Below, one piece after another: positions 19,878 to 28,754 of a DNA stretch of 64,000 bases. Made by a program: the position numbers and the translations under genes. The stretch is from assembly GCA_031430645.1 (NCBI GenBank), contig JANPBY010000080.1, positions 3,573 to 67,572 of the forward strand, given 5' to 3'. This stretch comes from Actinomycetes bacterium. Lineage in GTDB: Bacteria; Actinomycetota; Actinomycetes; DATJPE01. The notes beneath the pieces are model-generated. The model did no database searches, had not been told where the DNA came from, and saw nothing but the letters and a program-made list of their open reading frames with translations. The number at the start of each line of letters is the position of its first letter. Positions within the stretch are counted from its first letter, which is position 1.

Positions 19878-21599
19878 ATGACCGACGACGGAGGCACCAG
19901 CCCAGGCCCGCGCTCACTCGGCGGTCGCTATGAAGTGGGCGAGGTCATCGGGGTCGGTGGCATGGCTGAGGTCCACCGCGGACGCGACACCCGCCTCGGG
20001 CGCTCGGTCGCGATCAAGCTGCTGCGGTCCGACTTGGCGCGCGACCCCTCCTTCCAGGCCCGGTTCCGGCGCGAGGCACAGTCCGCCGCCTCGTTGAACT
20101 ACCCGCAGATCGCCGCGATCTATGACACGGGTGAGGATCGCTTCGACGGTGACGCGAACGGTCCGGCGCAGCCCTACATCGTCATGGAGCTCGTCGAGGG
20201 AGAGACGCTGCGCGAGATCGTGAAGTCGGGGCGCCGACTGATGCCGCAGCGCGTCGCCGAGATCGGCTCGGGAATCCTGGCAGCTCTGGACTACAGCCAC
20301 CGGCACGGGATCGTGCACCGCGACATCAAGCCTGGCAACGTCATGCTGACCTCGACCGGTCAGGTCAAGGTCATGGACTTCGGGATTGCGCGGGCGGTCG
20401 CTGACAGCGCGGCCACCATGACGCAGACCTCCTCGGTGCTCGGCACCGCGCAGTACCTGTCACCCGAGCAGGCGCGGGGCGAGAAGGTCGACGCGCGCAG
20501 CGATCTCTATTCCACCGGAGTGCTGCTCTATGAGCTGCTCGTCGGGAAGCCGCCATTCACTGGCGACTCACCCGTGGCGGTGGCTTATCAGCACGTCCAG
20601 GAAGCCCCCATTCCACCCTCCCAGCTCAACCCTGATCTTCCTGCTGGATTTGACGCCGTGATCCTCACGGCGCTCGCCAAGGACCCGGCCGCGCGGTATC
20701 AGACCGCGGAGGAGATGAAGGCAGACGTGGACCGGCTCGCCTCCGGAGACGCACCCACACGGGTGGCCGCGCCGGTCCCCGCGGCTGCTGTCGCCGACAG
20801 CACCCAGCTGATTCCTACGACGACAACGACCCCTGCGGAACCGCCTGCCAAGCGTGGCGGCTGGTACGTCCTGCTCACGCTCGGGGTTGTTGCCGTACTC
20901 GGCCTGATCTTCTTCCTGGCGAGCCAGGTGTTCGGTGGCGGTGGCACTCAAGTCCGGGTGCCCGACCTCACCGGCCAGACCCCTGCCCTGGCCGCAGCGA
21001 CGCTGGCGCAAAAGGGGCTTCAGATCGGTGCCGTGACCTCCGAGGAGAGTACGGCGCCCGAGGGCACGATCACGGCGCAGGATCCCGGCGCCGGTGCCGA
21101 GGTCGAGCCCAATACGACCATCGCTGTCACGGTCTCAGCAGGGCCTGCGCAGGTCACGGTCCCCACCCTCGTGGGCTTGGCCAGAGCAGATGCGATCAGC
21201 GCCTTGGCCGCGGTGGGACTTACGCTCGGGTCCCTCGACACCAAGGCCTCCGACTTGCCGGCCGACACGGTGCTCTCCAGCGACCCGCCCGAGTTGACGC
21301 CGGTCGATGCCGGGAGCTCGGTCTCACTCGTCGTCTCCTCAGGCAAGGTCAAGGTGCCGAACGTGCTCAACAAGAGTGAGGCGCAGGCCAAGGCCGATCT
21401 TGGTAATGCAGGCTTCCAGGTGGTCGTCATCGAGCAGGAGGACGGCAGCGTGAGCGCCGGAACCGTCCTCGCTCAGAGCCCGGAAGGCGGCAGCCTGCTC
21501 GCCGTCGGCAAGACCGTGACCATCACCGTGGCGACCGAGCCTCCGCCACCCCCACCGACCCCGAGTCCGACCCCGAGCATCTCACCAAGCGACGCCTAG
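19878..21599 (+). CDS. pknB: Ser/Thr protein kinase PknB with extracellular PASTA repeats
   Basis: Kinase motifs GVGGMAEVHRGRD, VAIK, HRDIKPGN, DFG; a TM helix, then four PASTA-like repeats. Confidence 0.9.
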   Translation: MTDDGGTSPGPRSLGGRYEVGEVIGVGGMAEVHRGRDTRLGRSVAIKLLRSDLARDPSFQARFRREAQSAASLNYPQIAAIYDTGEDRFDGDANGPAQPYIVMELVEGETLREIVKSGRRLMPQRVAEIGSGILAALDYSHRHGIVHRDIKPGNVMLTSTGQVKVMDFGIARAVADSAATMTQTSSVLGTAQYLSPEQARGEKVDARSDLYSTGVLLYELLVGKPPFTGDSPVAVAYQHVQEAPIPPSQLNPDLPAGFDAVILTALAKDPAARYQTAEEMKADVDRLASGDAPTRVAAPVPAAAVADSTQLIPTTTTTPAEPPAKRGGWYVLLTLGVVAVLGLIFFLASQVFGGGGTQVRVPDLTGQTPALAAATLAQKGLQIGAVTSEESTAPEGTITAQDPGAGAEVEPNTTIAVTVSAGPAQVTVPTLVGLARADAISALAAVGLTLGSLDTKASDLPADTVLSSDPPELTPVDAGSSVSLVVSSGKVKVPNVLNKSEAQAKADLGNAGFQVVVIEQEDGSVSAGTVLAQSPEGGSLLAVGKTVTITVATEPPPPPPTPSPTPSISPSDA

Positions 21600-21616
21600 A
21601 CCAGCGAGAGGGAGGT

Positions 21617-22249
21617 TCAGCTGGCGCGGTTCACCACGGGAGCCAGCCCAGCTGACCGTGCCAACGCCTCGGGATCACCGCACACAGTGAGCCAGTTCGC
21701 CAACAGCCGGTGCCCGCCCTCGGTGAGCACCGACTCGGGGTGGAACTGCACACCCTCGACGGCGTGCGCCCGGTGTCGGACGGCCATCACGACTCCGGAG
21801 GCCGTACGTCCGGTGACCTCGAGCTCATCGGGGATGGAGTCGGCCTCCACAGCCAATGAGTGATAGCGGGTGGCCGTGAACGGATCAGGAAGCCCGGCCA
21901 GGACCCCGGTGCCGTCGTGCTCGACCTGGCTGGTCTTGCCGTGCAGCAGCTCCGGGGCGCGACTGACGACAGCGCCGTAGGCCACCGCGATGGCCTGGTG
22001 GCCCAAGCAGACGCCGAGCACCGGCACCCGGCCGGCCGCCACCTGGACCATCGGGACGCATACCCCGGCGGCCTCAGGGATCCCGGGGCCGGGCGAGAGC
22101 AGAACCCCATCGAAGTCGAGCGCATCCTCCGCGGCCACCTCGTCGTTGCGTCGTACGACGGGCTCGGCCCCCAACTGGGCGAGGTACTGCACCAGGTTGA
22201 AGACGAAGCTGTCGTAGTTGTCGACCACGAGGATGCGGACGGGGGTCAC
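21617..22249 (-). CDS. trpG: Glutamine amidotransferase, anthranilate/aminodeoxychorismate synthase component II (TrpG/PabA)
   Basis: Start trimmed to GTG (VTPVRILVVDNYDSFVFNL); class-I GATase triad region (LGVCLGHQ, ...HPES). Confidence 0.75.
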   Translation of the reverse strand: MTPVRILVVDNYDSFVFNLVQYLAQLGAEPVVRRNDEVAAEDALDFDGVLLSPGPGIPEAAGVCVPMVQVAAGRVPVLGVCLGHQAIAVAYGAVVSRAPELLHGKTSQVEHDGTGVLAGLPDPFTATRYHSLAVEADSIPDELEVTGRTASGVVMAVRHRAHAVEGVQFHPESVLTEGGHRLLANWLTVCGDPEALARSAGLAPVVNRAS

Positions 22250-22413
22250 GCCCCCGAGTCTTCCACGGTCACATCGGTGAAAGGCAGCCGAGGCTCGGCC
22301 CACGGGAAGACCACGGTGAACAACAGGGTCACCGCGGCGGCGAGCATCACCAGACAAAGGAGAAGCTTCACCGGCCAGGCCCCCGGGAGCCGCCGCCACA
22401 GCGCGGAGTACAC
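22246..22413 (-). CDS. Small hydrophobic protein (~55 aa), translationally coupled between the sortase and trpG
   Basis: GTG start directly after the sortase stop; single TM (VKLLLCLVMLAAAVTLLFTVVF); its stop overlaps the trpG GTG (GTGA). Confidence 0.35.
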   Translation of the reverse strand: MYSALWRRLPGAWPVKLLLCLVMLAAAVTLLFTVVFPWAEPRLPFTDVTVEDSGA

Positions 22414-22418
22414 GGTGC

Positions 22419-23120
22419 TCAGCCCTTCTGCGCGAGGAGCTCGGGCGGCGGCCCTTCGGCCTTCGGTCGCGTCTCGGTGAGCGCGCCGTAGGTGATCCAC
22501 CGCTCATAGGAGGCCCAGCGAGGGTTGCAGGTCGTCAAGGTGATGAGCGCCTCGGTCGGCTTGGCACCGGGTTTGTTGGGCACTGGCAAGATCACTGAGA
22601 CCTTGGTAGGCCTGACGATTTCGGTGCTGCGCACGGTGTAGACGTACCAGGTCTCCTCGGTCTCGACATAGACCTTGTCGCCGATCTTGACCGCGGGGAT
22701 GTTGCGAAACGGCTCGCCGTTGGTCGCGCGATGGCCCGCGACGGCGAAGTTGCCGATCTCGCCAGGATCCTGGGAAGCCGGGTAGTGACCGATCGTCCCG
22801 CGAAGGTCAGACAGCGCGACACCCTCGACGACAGCCTTCGCCCAGTTCTTGCCGAGGCTGGGGATGTACATGATGGCGAAGCTGTCGCCGGGCTTGACAG
22901 CCGCCGTCGGCAGCTCCGGTGCGCCCCCCGAGGGTGCTGGAGAGGCCTCGACCTGGGGCCGGGTCCACTGCTCCTCGAGCTGGGTCCGGGCGTCAGCCTC
23001 GATCGCGTTCGCGGAGACGTTGGTCCAGACGAGCTGATAGACACAAAAGAGCAAGACGATCAGCCCGAGGGTGATCAGGAGTTCGCCGGTGCCGCGGATC
23101 GTGGCGCGTACCCCGTTCAT
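22419..23120 (-). CDS. srtE: Class E sortase
   Basis: N-terminal TM; sortase signature LITLTTCNP (TLXTC catalytic Cys) and the conserved His/Arg region. Confidence 0.75.
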   Translation of the reverse strand: MNGVRATIRGTGELLITLGLIVLLFCVYQLVWTNVSANAIEADARTQLEEQWTRPQVEASPAPSGGAPELPTAAVKPGDSFAIMYIPSLGKNWAKAVVEGVALSDLRGTIGHYPASQDPGEIGNFAVAGHRATNGEPFRNIPAVKIGDKVYVETEETWYVYTVRSTEIVRPTKVSVILPVPNKPGAKPTEALITLTTCNPRWASYERWITYGALTETRPKAEGPPPELLAQKG

Positions 23121-23893
23121 GAAGCACCCTCGGCCCAGGTCAGCTCAGGGAGTCCGGGCGCCGCAGGCAGGGTCACCTGCGCGAGCCGTTTCTCGTCGTA
23201 GCGAACGCCCGCGATCGCGACATAGTCGCGGAAGAGGAGCACATCGGGCTCGGCGGCCAAGGCCTGGGACAACGTGGCGGGGTCTCCGACACCCATGATG
23301 ACGAACGGCGGGGAGTAGACACGACCGGCCAGGATCAAGGTGTTGCCGACACAGCGAACCGCGCTGGTCGCAATCAGCCGTTGATCCATCACCTGCACAC
23401 CCGCCGCACCGCCACGCCACAAGGCATTGACGACCCCTTGGACATCTTGCTGATGGACCACGAAGTCGTCGGGTCCAAGACCGTCGGGGCGAGGATCGCC
23501 TGGCCGGAGCGCAGGGGCGTCATCGAGGGTGACCCGAACGCCAGGGCCGGTGATCTCTGCGAGCCCGGTGGAGGGCGCGAGCGCCGCAGCTCGGGCGTCC
23601 AGCTGAGTCTGCAGGCCCGTACCCACGCCCGCAGTCAGGGACTCGACCTCTGCCCGGGCCTGGTCGACCTGGGCCTGGGCCACGTCACCTTGACGGTCAC
23701 CGGCGCGGATCAAGGACTCCAGATCGGTCCGGGTACCTGCTCGCAGATCGGTCCCCTTCGCAGTGACCGAACTGGCCACGAGGAGCAGCCCGGCGGTTGC
23801 CGAAACGGCCAAGACGGCGACGTGCCAGCCACGAGGGCGTCGCACCGCGTGGCCTCCTTGACGGACAGGTGTGGGCGATCTGCCCCTTGTCAC
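23117..23893 (-). CDS. DUF881-family membrane protein (Rv0012-like, division/wall cluster)
   Basis: N-terminal TM, coiled-coil linker, conserved C-terminal region (...RVYSPPFVIMGVGDP...); ATGA overlap with the sortase. Confidence 0.6.
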   Translation of the reverse strand: MTRGRSPTPVRQGGHAVRRPRGWHVAVLAVSATAGLLLVASSVTAKGTDLRAGTRTDLESLIRAGDRQGDVAQAQVDQARAEVESLTAGVGTGLQTQLDARAAALAPSTGLAEITGPGVRVTLDDAPALRPGDPRPDGLGPDDFVVHQQDVQGVVNALWRGGAAGVQVMDQRLIATSAVRCVGNTLILAGRVYSPPFVIMGVGDPATLSQALAAEPDVLLFRDYVAIAGVRYDEKRLAQVTLPAAPGLPELTWAEGAS

Positions 23894-23950
23894 CTACGCT
23901 AACTGACGTCCCGGGAGTGCCCCGGGGTTCCCCTGCTGAGGAGACCAGCG

Positions 23951-24208
23951 GTGCCGAAGTCCCCGGTCCGTCGCAAGAGGGCCTACACCCCGCCTCCGCT
24001 GCCGCACGAGATGGTGGCTCCCAAGGAGCGGCGGTGGATCGCTCCGCTCATGGTGACGCTGTTCATCCTCGGCCTGATCTACCTTGTCCTGTGGTACCTC
24101 GCAGGCAATGACATCCCCGTCATGAAGGACCTGAGCTCCCTCGCTAACGTCGCCATCGGCTTCGGTCTGATCCTTGGGGGCTTCGTCTGCGCCACCCAGT
24201 GGAGGTAG
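23951..24208 (+). CDS. crgA: Cell-division protein CrgA
   Basis: 85 aa; two TM helices; conserved N-terminus KRAYTPPPLP...RWIAPLMVTLFILGLIYLV; GAGGAG RBS. Confidence 0.8.
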   Translation: MPKSPVRRKRAYTPPPLPHEMVAPKERRWIAPLMVTLFILGLIYLVLWYLAGNDIPVMKDLSSLANVAIGFGLILGGFVCATQWR

Positions 24209-24342
24209 CGGTACGGATTACACGCGTGTAACTCGGTCCACAGGCTTTGTCCCCACTGTGTACAAGTGCGCGATCCGGACTGAGGCCTACTGGCGGTTCG
24301 GGGGCGCTAGCGCGGCGGCCCGGCTTGGTGGACACTGCCGGG

Positions 24343-24819
24343 ATGACCCACCGCATGATCAGAGCTGGCGAGGGTGAGGTACTTGGGGCGATAGACGGTT
24401 GTCGAGACCGCTTCTTGATCGACTCCAAAGACTGGGGCGGCAGGTTCGCCGTGGTCGAGCACCTGCTGGCGCCGCATTCGATCGCCGCGCCGATGCACCG
24501 GCACACCAAGGAAGATGAGTTCAGCCTCATCCTCGAAGGCCGCGTCTGGTACCACGCCGCCGGCGAGGAGCATGTAGCGGAAGTTGGCGATCTGGTTTTC
24601 AAACCACGCGGGGAGTGGCACACCTTCTGGAACGCTGCCGATCAGCCAGCCCGAGTACTCGAGATCATCAGCCCCGGAGGTCTCGAGGAAGCCTTTCGAA
24701 TCATCGACTCAGCCCCCCCGGATCTGGACCTTGGCCCGATCGTCGGTCCCTACGGATGCGAAGGCGACATGGACGCCACCCTCCCGATCATGGAGAAGTA
24801 CGGCCTCACCTTCGGGTGA
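24343..24819 (+). CDS. Cupin-domain protein
   Basis: Start trimmed to ATG (MTHRMIRAGEGEV); cupin His/Glu motifs (HRHTKEDEFSLILEG ... GEWHTFWN). Confidence 0.5.
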   Translation: MTHRMIRAGEGEVLGAIDGCRDRFLIDSKDWGGRFAVVEHLLAPHSIAAPMHRHTKEDEFSLILEGRVWYHAAGEEHVAEVGDLVFKPRGEWHTFWNAADQPARVLEIISPGGLEEAFRIIDSAPPDLDLGPIVGPYGCEGDMDATLPIMEKYGLTFG

Positions 24820-24839
24820 CTGCCTCGTTCTGGCCCGCG

Positions 24840-24884
24840 CAGCTCAGCGTCGATCAGCTCACCGTCGATCAGCTCACCGTCGAT
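24840..24884. repeat. Three tandem 15-bp direct repeats (CAGCTCAGCGTCGAT, CAGCTCACCGTCGAT, CAGCTCACCGTCGAT) ending 12 nt upstream of the nitrilase start
   Basis: Seen directly in the sequence; intergenic between the cupin and nitrilase genes. Confidence 0.7.
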
Positions 24885-24896
24885 CAGGGAGAACAC

Positions 24897-25859
24897 ATGA
24901 CCGGGCAGTCCGTGAAAGTGGCCGTCGTTCAACGGCCACCCGTTCTGTTGGATCGGGACTCCACCCTGAAGGCCGCCGTCGAGGCGGTGTCCGAGGTCGC
25001 TGACGCCGGAGCCGCGCTGGTGGTCTTCCCTGAGACCTACCTGCCCGGCTACCCGGTCTGGATCTGGGCGCTGCGCCCCGGCGACGACTACCAGCTCAGC
25101 CAGGAGATCCACGCTCAGCTGCTGGCCAACAGCGTCGACCTGTCCACCGACGACCTTGCGCCACTGCAGGAAGCGGCTGCGGAGCGGGGCGTGGTCGTCG
25201 TGTGTGGCATCCACGAACGGGAGGGCTCGTTCAGCAGAGCGACGCTCTACAACACCTTGGTCACCATCGGAGCCGACGGCACGATCCTCAACCGGCACCG
25301 CAAGCTGGTGCCCACCAACCCCGAGCGGATGGTGTGGGGGCAGGGCGACGCGTCCGGCCTTCGCGTCATCGACACGCCGTTCGGTCGCGTCGGGGGCTTG
25401 ATCTGCTGGGAGAACTACATGCCCCTGGCGCGGTACACCCTCTACGCCGAAGGTGTCCAGATCTACATCGCCTCCACCTGGGACAGCGGCGACGCATGGA
25501 TCGCCTCCATGCGACACATCGCCTCCGAGGGCCGTTGCTGGGTCATCGGCTCAGGATGCGCCCTTGCCACCCGCGACATACCGGAGAACTTCCCCTCCCG
25601 AGAGACGGTCTTCGAAGGACCGGACAGGTGGCTCAATCCAGGCGACTCGATGATCGTGGCACCCACCGGTGATGTAGTTGCCGGGCCACTCCACGAGGAG
25701 TACGGGATTCTGTACGCCGACATCGACGCCAGCCAAGCAAGCAACGAGCACCGCACCCTAGACGTCGCCGGGCACTATGGACGCCCCGACATCTTCACAC
25801 TCACGGTGGACCGCTCGCCTCGACTGCCCATTCACACCAAGTTCGACTCAGCGGGCTAG
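24897..25859 (+). CDS. Nitrilase/cyanide hydratase family (carbon-nitrogen hydrolase)
   Basis: Start trimmed to MTGQSVKVAVVQ; catalytic E-K-C triad context (FPETYLPGYP, ...HRKLVPT, LICWENYMPLAR). Confidence 0.75.
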   Translation: MTGQSVKVAVVQRPPVLLDRDSTLKAAVEAVSEVADAGAALVVFPETYLPGYPVWIWALRPGDDYQLSQEIHAQLLANSVDLSTDDLAPLQEAAAERGVVVVCGIHEREGSFSRATLYNTLVTIGADGTILNRHRKLVPTNPERMVWGQGDASGLRVIDTPFGRVGGLICWENYMPLARYTLYAEGVQIYIASTWDSGDAWIASMRHIASEGRCWVIGSGCALATRDIPENFPSRETVFEGPDRWLNPGDSMIVAPTGDVVAGPLHEEYGILYADIDASQASNEHRTLDVAGHYGRPDIFTLTVDRSPRLPIHTKFDSAG

Positions 25860-27022
25860 AGGCGTTCGAGGATGGTGGCGTTCGCCAGGCCGCCGCCCTC
25901 GCACATCGTCTGCAGGCCGTACGTCGTCCCGCTGTCGCGCAGGTGATGCACCAACGTCGTCATCAGCCGAGCACCCGACCCGCCTAAGGGGTGTCCCAAG
26001 GCGATCGCCCCGCCGTGAACGTTGAGGGTCTTGGGGTCGGCAGCGGTCTCGGCGAGCCAGGCGAGCGGCACGGGGGCGAAGGCCTCGTTGACCTCGAACG
26101 CCCCGATGTCGGCGAGGCTCAGTCCGGAGCGATCCAGCGCCTTAGCGGTGGCGGGGATCGGAGCCGTCAGCATCATCACCGGGTCGGCGCCGGCGAGCAC
26201 GGCCGTATGGATGCGCGCGATCGGTCGGAGGCCAAGCTCGACAGCCTTCTCCGACGTCATCATGAGCAAGGCCGCTGCCCCGTCGGAGATCTGCGATGAC
26301 GAGGCCGCCGTGACTACGCCACCCTCCCTGAAAGGGGTCTTGAGCGCGCCAAGGGACTCCCGCGTCCCCCCGCGTCGGATGCCTTCATCGACGGCGACCA
26401 CGGTCCCGTCGGGAAGGGTCACGGACGCGATCTGCGCCTCGAACGCGCCGCTGTCCGTGGCTGCCGCAGCCCGCTCATGGGACTCAAGCGCAAAGGAGTC
26501 GAGCTGTTCGCGCGACAACGTCCATTGGGCGGCGATCAGCTCCGCGCCCACGCCCTGGTTGAAGAACGGCGTGCCGGCCGCGGCCAACTCCGCGGCGTAG
26601 CGGTCGAGCACGGTCTGACCAAAGGGCATCCCCCCGGTGGCCGAGGAGCCGAGGGTCACCCTCGACATGGACTCCACGCCGCCGGCGACGACCACGTCGT
26701 ACTGCCCGCTGATCAGTCCGGCGGCGGCGAAGTGCACCGACTGTTGCGACGAGCCGCACTGCCGGTCGATGGTCACCCCAGGGACCGACTCCGGCCAACC
26801 GGCCGCAAGGACCGCGCTGCGGCCGACGTTGAAGGTCTGCTCACCGACCTGGGAGACGCAGCCCCAGATGACATCGTCGACCACCTCGGGCTCGAGGCCG
26901 GTTCGCTCGACGAGGGCGCGCAACACGTGCGCGGAGAGGTCGACCGGGTGGACTTCGGACAGGACACCCCCCCGCCGACCGACGGGCGTACGAACGGCTT
27001 CGACGATCACGGCATCGCGCAT
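25856..27022 (-). CDS. Acetyl-CoA C-acetyltransferase (thiolase)
   Basis: Start trimmed to MRDAVIVEAVRTPVGRRGG; thiolase motifs (active-site Cys region, NVHGGAIALGHPLGGSGARL, C-terminal CEGGGLANA). Confidence 0.85.
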   Translation of the reverse strand: MRDAVIVEAVRTPVGRRGGVLSEVHPVDLSAHVLRALVERTGLEPEVVDDVIWGCVSQVGEQTFNVGRSAVLAAGWPESVPGVTIDRQCGSSQQSVHFAAAGLISGQYDVVVAGGVESMSRVTLGSSATGGMPFGQTVLDRYAAELAAAGTPFFNQGVGAELIAAQWTLSREQLDSFALESHERAAAATDSGAFEAQIASVTLPDGTVVAVDEGIRRGGTRESLGALKTPFREGGVVTAASSSQISDGAAALLMMTSEKAVELGLRPIARIHTAVLAGADPVMMLTAPIPATAKALDRSGLSLADIGAFEVNEAFAPVPLAWLAETAADPKTLNVHGGAIALGHPLGGSGARLMTTLVHHLRDSGTTYGLQTMCEGGGLANATILERL

Positions 27023-27032
27023 GACGGCGAGG

Positions 27033-27959
27033 TTACTCGCGAGTAGCCCGCCGGGGCGCAGCTCCCGCGGTGTTCGGGTCCTGGAGCTGCTCGACGATGG
27101 GTCCGTACCTCGGGCTGTCCTTGATCTGCGCAGTCCGCCACGCAACGAGGACCATGCACCCGAGGAGCACCGCGAGGCAGCCAACCACCGCCACCGGGGT
27201 CCGTACCGACGCCGGCGGATACGCGAAGATCGCCCCGACGACCGCACCTGCCGCCAGACCGCCGAGGTGTGCACGCCAGTCGATGGTCCCCGGGATGACG
27301 ATCGGCAGCGCCAAGTTGATGACGATCAGCGCAGCGAGCCCACGCACGTCGAAGTTCATCCGGCGGGCCACCACGAGCATCGCTCCGAAGATCCCGAAGA
27401 TCGCCCCCGAAGCCCCGACCGAGGGCTGCACCGGGGAGTTGAACAGGTAGGACGAGACCCCTCCCGCGAAGCCGGCCAGCAGATAGAGCGTCGCGAACCG
27501 GATCCGTCCGAGCCATCGCTCCAGGGTCGGCCCCATCACCCACAGGGCATACATGTTGAGCAGGATGTGCAAGATCCCCGCGTGCACCACCATCACCGTC
27601 ACCAGCCGGTAGTACTCCCCGGCGGCCACCTCGACGCCGATGAGCTCAAGCGCTCGGGTCACGGTGCCGTTGACCCCACCGGTGACGAGCTGCAGGACGA
27701 AGACCACGACGGTGCCGGCGACGATGATCCGGGTGACCAGCCCGTCGCTCGAGGAGACCTTGCCGCCCGCCACAGTCCGCACCTCACGGACCGACGCTGC
27801 GCCCTCCTTGATGCACTCGGGACACTGGAACCCCACCGACGCCGAGGTCATGCAGTCCGGACAGATCGGTCGCTCGCACCGCGCGCAGCGGATGTAGGTC
27901 TCCCGCTCTGGATGGCGGTAGCACGTGGGAGGGGCGGAGACCTCAGGGGTGTCGGTCAT
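27033..27959 (-). CDS. Rhomboid-family intramembrane serine protease with N-terminal zinc-ribbon
   Basis: CxxC...CxxC (CYRHPE...CARCERPICPDC...CPEC), rhomboid GASGAIFG serine motif and a His in a later TM. Confidence 0.8.
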   Translation of the reverse strand: MTDTPEVSAPPTCYRHPERETYIRCARCERPICPDCMTSASVGFQCPECIKEGAASVREVRTVAGGKVSSSDGLVTRIIVAGTVVVFVLQLVTGGVNGTVTRALELIGVEVAAGEYYRLVTVMVVHAGILHILLNMYALWVMGPTLERWLGRIRFATLYLLAGFAGGVSSYLFNSPVQPSVGASGAIFGIFGAMLVVARRMNFDVRGLAALIVINLALPIVIPGTIDWRAHLGGLAAGAVVGAIFAYPPASVRTPVAVVGCLAVLLGCMVLVAWRTAQIKDSPRYGPIVEQLQDPNTAGAAPRRATRE

Positions 27960-27993
27960 CGAATGGACGCCTTGCTGAGCAGCAATGCGCTGC

Positions 27994-28524
27994 TCAGCCC
28001 TCGCGCCGCTCCAGGGTCACAGACTCGATGATGACGTCCTTCTTGGGCCGGTCCTGCGCGCCGGTCTCGACCGCACCGATCGTGTCGACGACTGCGCGAC
28101 CGTCGGCGTTGGTGACCTTGCCGAAGATCGTGTGCTTGTTGGTCAGCCACGAGGTCGCGGCGACGGTGATGAAGAACTGCGAGCCATTGGTGTGGGGGCC
28201 GGCGTTGGCCATCGCCAAGAGGTACGGCTCGTTGAAGGAGAGCTCGGGGTGGAATTCGTCATTGAACCGGTAGCCCGGCCCGCCGGTGCCGGTGCCGAGC
28301 GGGTCACCGCCTTGGATCATGAAGTTGCTGATCACCCGGTGGAAGACCGTGCCGTCATAGAGGTTGACCGTTGTGGGCTGACCCGAGCGCGGGTCGGTCC
28401 ACTCCTTCTCCCCCGTGGCCAGCTCGACGAAGTTGCGCACCGTCTTGGGCGCGTGGTTCTCGAACAACTCAATCTCGATGTCGCCGTAGTTGGTGTGCAG
28501 GGTGGTGAACAGGCTCTCGGCCAC
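27994..28524 (-). CDS. ppiA: Peptidyl-prolyl cis-trans isomerase, cyclophilin type
   Basis: Canonical cyclophilin motifs (FHRVISNFMIQGGDP, GSQFFIT). Confidence 0.9.
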   Translation of the reverse strand: MAESLFTTLHTNYGDIEIELFENHAPKTVRNFVELATGEKEWTDPRSGQPTTVNLYDGTVFHRVISNFMIQGGDPLGTGTGGPGYRFNDEFHPELSFNEPYLLAMANAGPHTNGSQFFITVAATSWLTNKHTIFGKVTNADGRAVVDTIGAVETGAQDRPKKDVIIESVTLERREG

Positions 28525-28605
28525 GGGTGGGGCTCACTTCCAGGAAAGGCGTGCGGGCGGGGTGAATCCAACCACGAGTCCCTCGCAGGGCTGCGGGGGA
28601 ACCTG

Positions 28606-28678
28606 TGGAGACGAGGGGAATCGAACCCCTAACCCCCGCCTTGCAAAGGCGGTGCTCTGCCAATTGAGCTACGTCCCC
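28606..28678 (-). tRNA. tRNA-Ala (anticodon UGC); CCA not encoded
   Basis: GGGGACGUAGCUCAAUUGGCAGAGCACCGCCUUUGCAAGGCGG...GGUUCGAUUCCCCUCGUCUCCA; G3:U70 Ala identity pair, A73 discriminator; downstream genomic bases are CAG, not CCA. Confidence 0.85.
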
Positions 28679-28754
28679 TTTCGGGAGAGACCAGGGTAGC
28701 CCGCGGGAGGACACGCACCGAAACCCGAGGTGCCGACCGGCCGCGGCTGAGAGG

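Noticed and set aside
24840-24884. Tandem 15-bp repeats as a possible CRISPR array
   Set aside because: The units are contiguous with no spacers and there are only 3 copies, with no cas genes. This is a simple tandem repeat.
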